DNA of 64,000 bases, from positions 186,620,001 to 186,684,000 of the forward strand of contig JANJGN010000002.1 of NCBI GenBank assembly GCA_026770705.1, written 5' to 3'. The translations under genes and the position numbers were made by a program. Each line of letters starts with the position of its first letter. Within the stretch, counting starts at the first letter, position 1. Shown in pieces: positions 63,342 through 64,000 of the stretch. Origin of the DNA: Isurus oxyrinchus. Its lineage: Eukaryota. The notes below the pieces were generated by a model. That model searched no databases and was not told where the DNA came from. It was given only the letters and a program-made list of their open reading frames with translations.

Positions 63342-64000
63342 CACAAATCAATCTCGCCTTCCCTATATTAATATTATTTAAAATGCATTTTTTAATACAT
63401 GTCTTGATATAATGGCAAAGTCTTCTAAAATGTTATTAGAAACAACAAACATGTGTGGAACTCTGGAAGAGCCACTGTTCCTTAAAATGCAAGTTAAATT
63501 TCAAAATAATGTCACATATATTCAGAGCTGTTTAATAATGGCAATCAGAATTGTTCCATGCAAAAAGCAGAGATTTTGAACTGATTTAAATGTTCAGCTA
63601 TTGCTTATTTCTCAAATTCACATGCTATCCTTGCAGCTGTGGTAATTACAATATGGTGCTAAAATCATTCCTTGTGGAAGTTAGCCAGGCTGCCTCTGTC
63701 AACGAAGTACTACCAATGGTGCATCAGACCTGCTATTTTCATTCTAGATGAACTTTCATCAACATGGGTCAGTGTGGACCTTATGAAAATCTGTGAAGGT
63801 TCCCAAGCAGAATCACAAAACTGAGAATGCAACTTATATTAACTATGTGCACAAGATTTTTTCATTATTGTTTTGAAATTGCAGAATAAAGGGAGCATAT
63901 TCAGCATCTCTAAAAATTACTAATGATTTTGCTATACAAAAGAAATGTTAGTAATCCTTTTAAAGCTCCACAGAGTAAATCTTTTGTACTTTAGAAACAT

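Overview
Eukaryotic genomic DNA, most likely from a cartilaginous fish (shark). This is inferred from the repeat content (DeuSINE/SacSINE1-like SINEs, CR1/L2 LINEs, Penelope-like elements) and the protein divergence. The window holds the head-to-head PDCD10 (CCM3)/SERPINI1 (neuroserpin) pair. PDCD10 is on the minus strand with all 7 coding exons (22818->9536, 633 nt, 210 aa, all GT-AG introns). SERPINI1 is on the plus strand with its first 4 coding exons (51629-58360); the rest of the gene lies beyond the window. The two genes share a CpG-island bidirectional promoter at about 35.45-36.25 kb. Introns and flanks are full of decayed, often nested transposable elements: CR1-type LINEs, L2, RTE, two Penelope families with inverted termini and hammerhead-like motifs, three solo LTRs, Harbinger-like MITEs and tRNA-derived SINEs. 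I see no convincing new protein-coding system; most short ORFs in the track are TE debris or chance. The best second-look items are structural: a 1.1-kb Penelope palindrome filling most of the last PDCD10 intron, minimal hammerhead-like motifs in both pre-mRNAs, a LINE that appears to carry a tRNA-derived head shared with a SINE, a ~170-bp local duplication straddling the promoter, and a Pro->Ala change in the neuroserpin shutter. Human reference sequences and exon sizes used for comparison are recalled from memory, not looked up.
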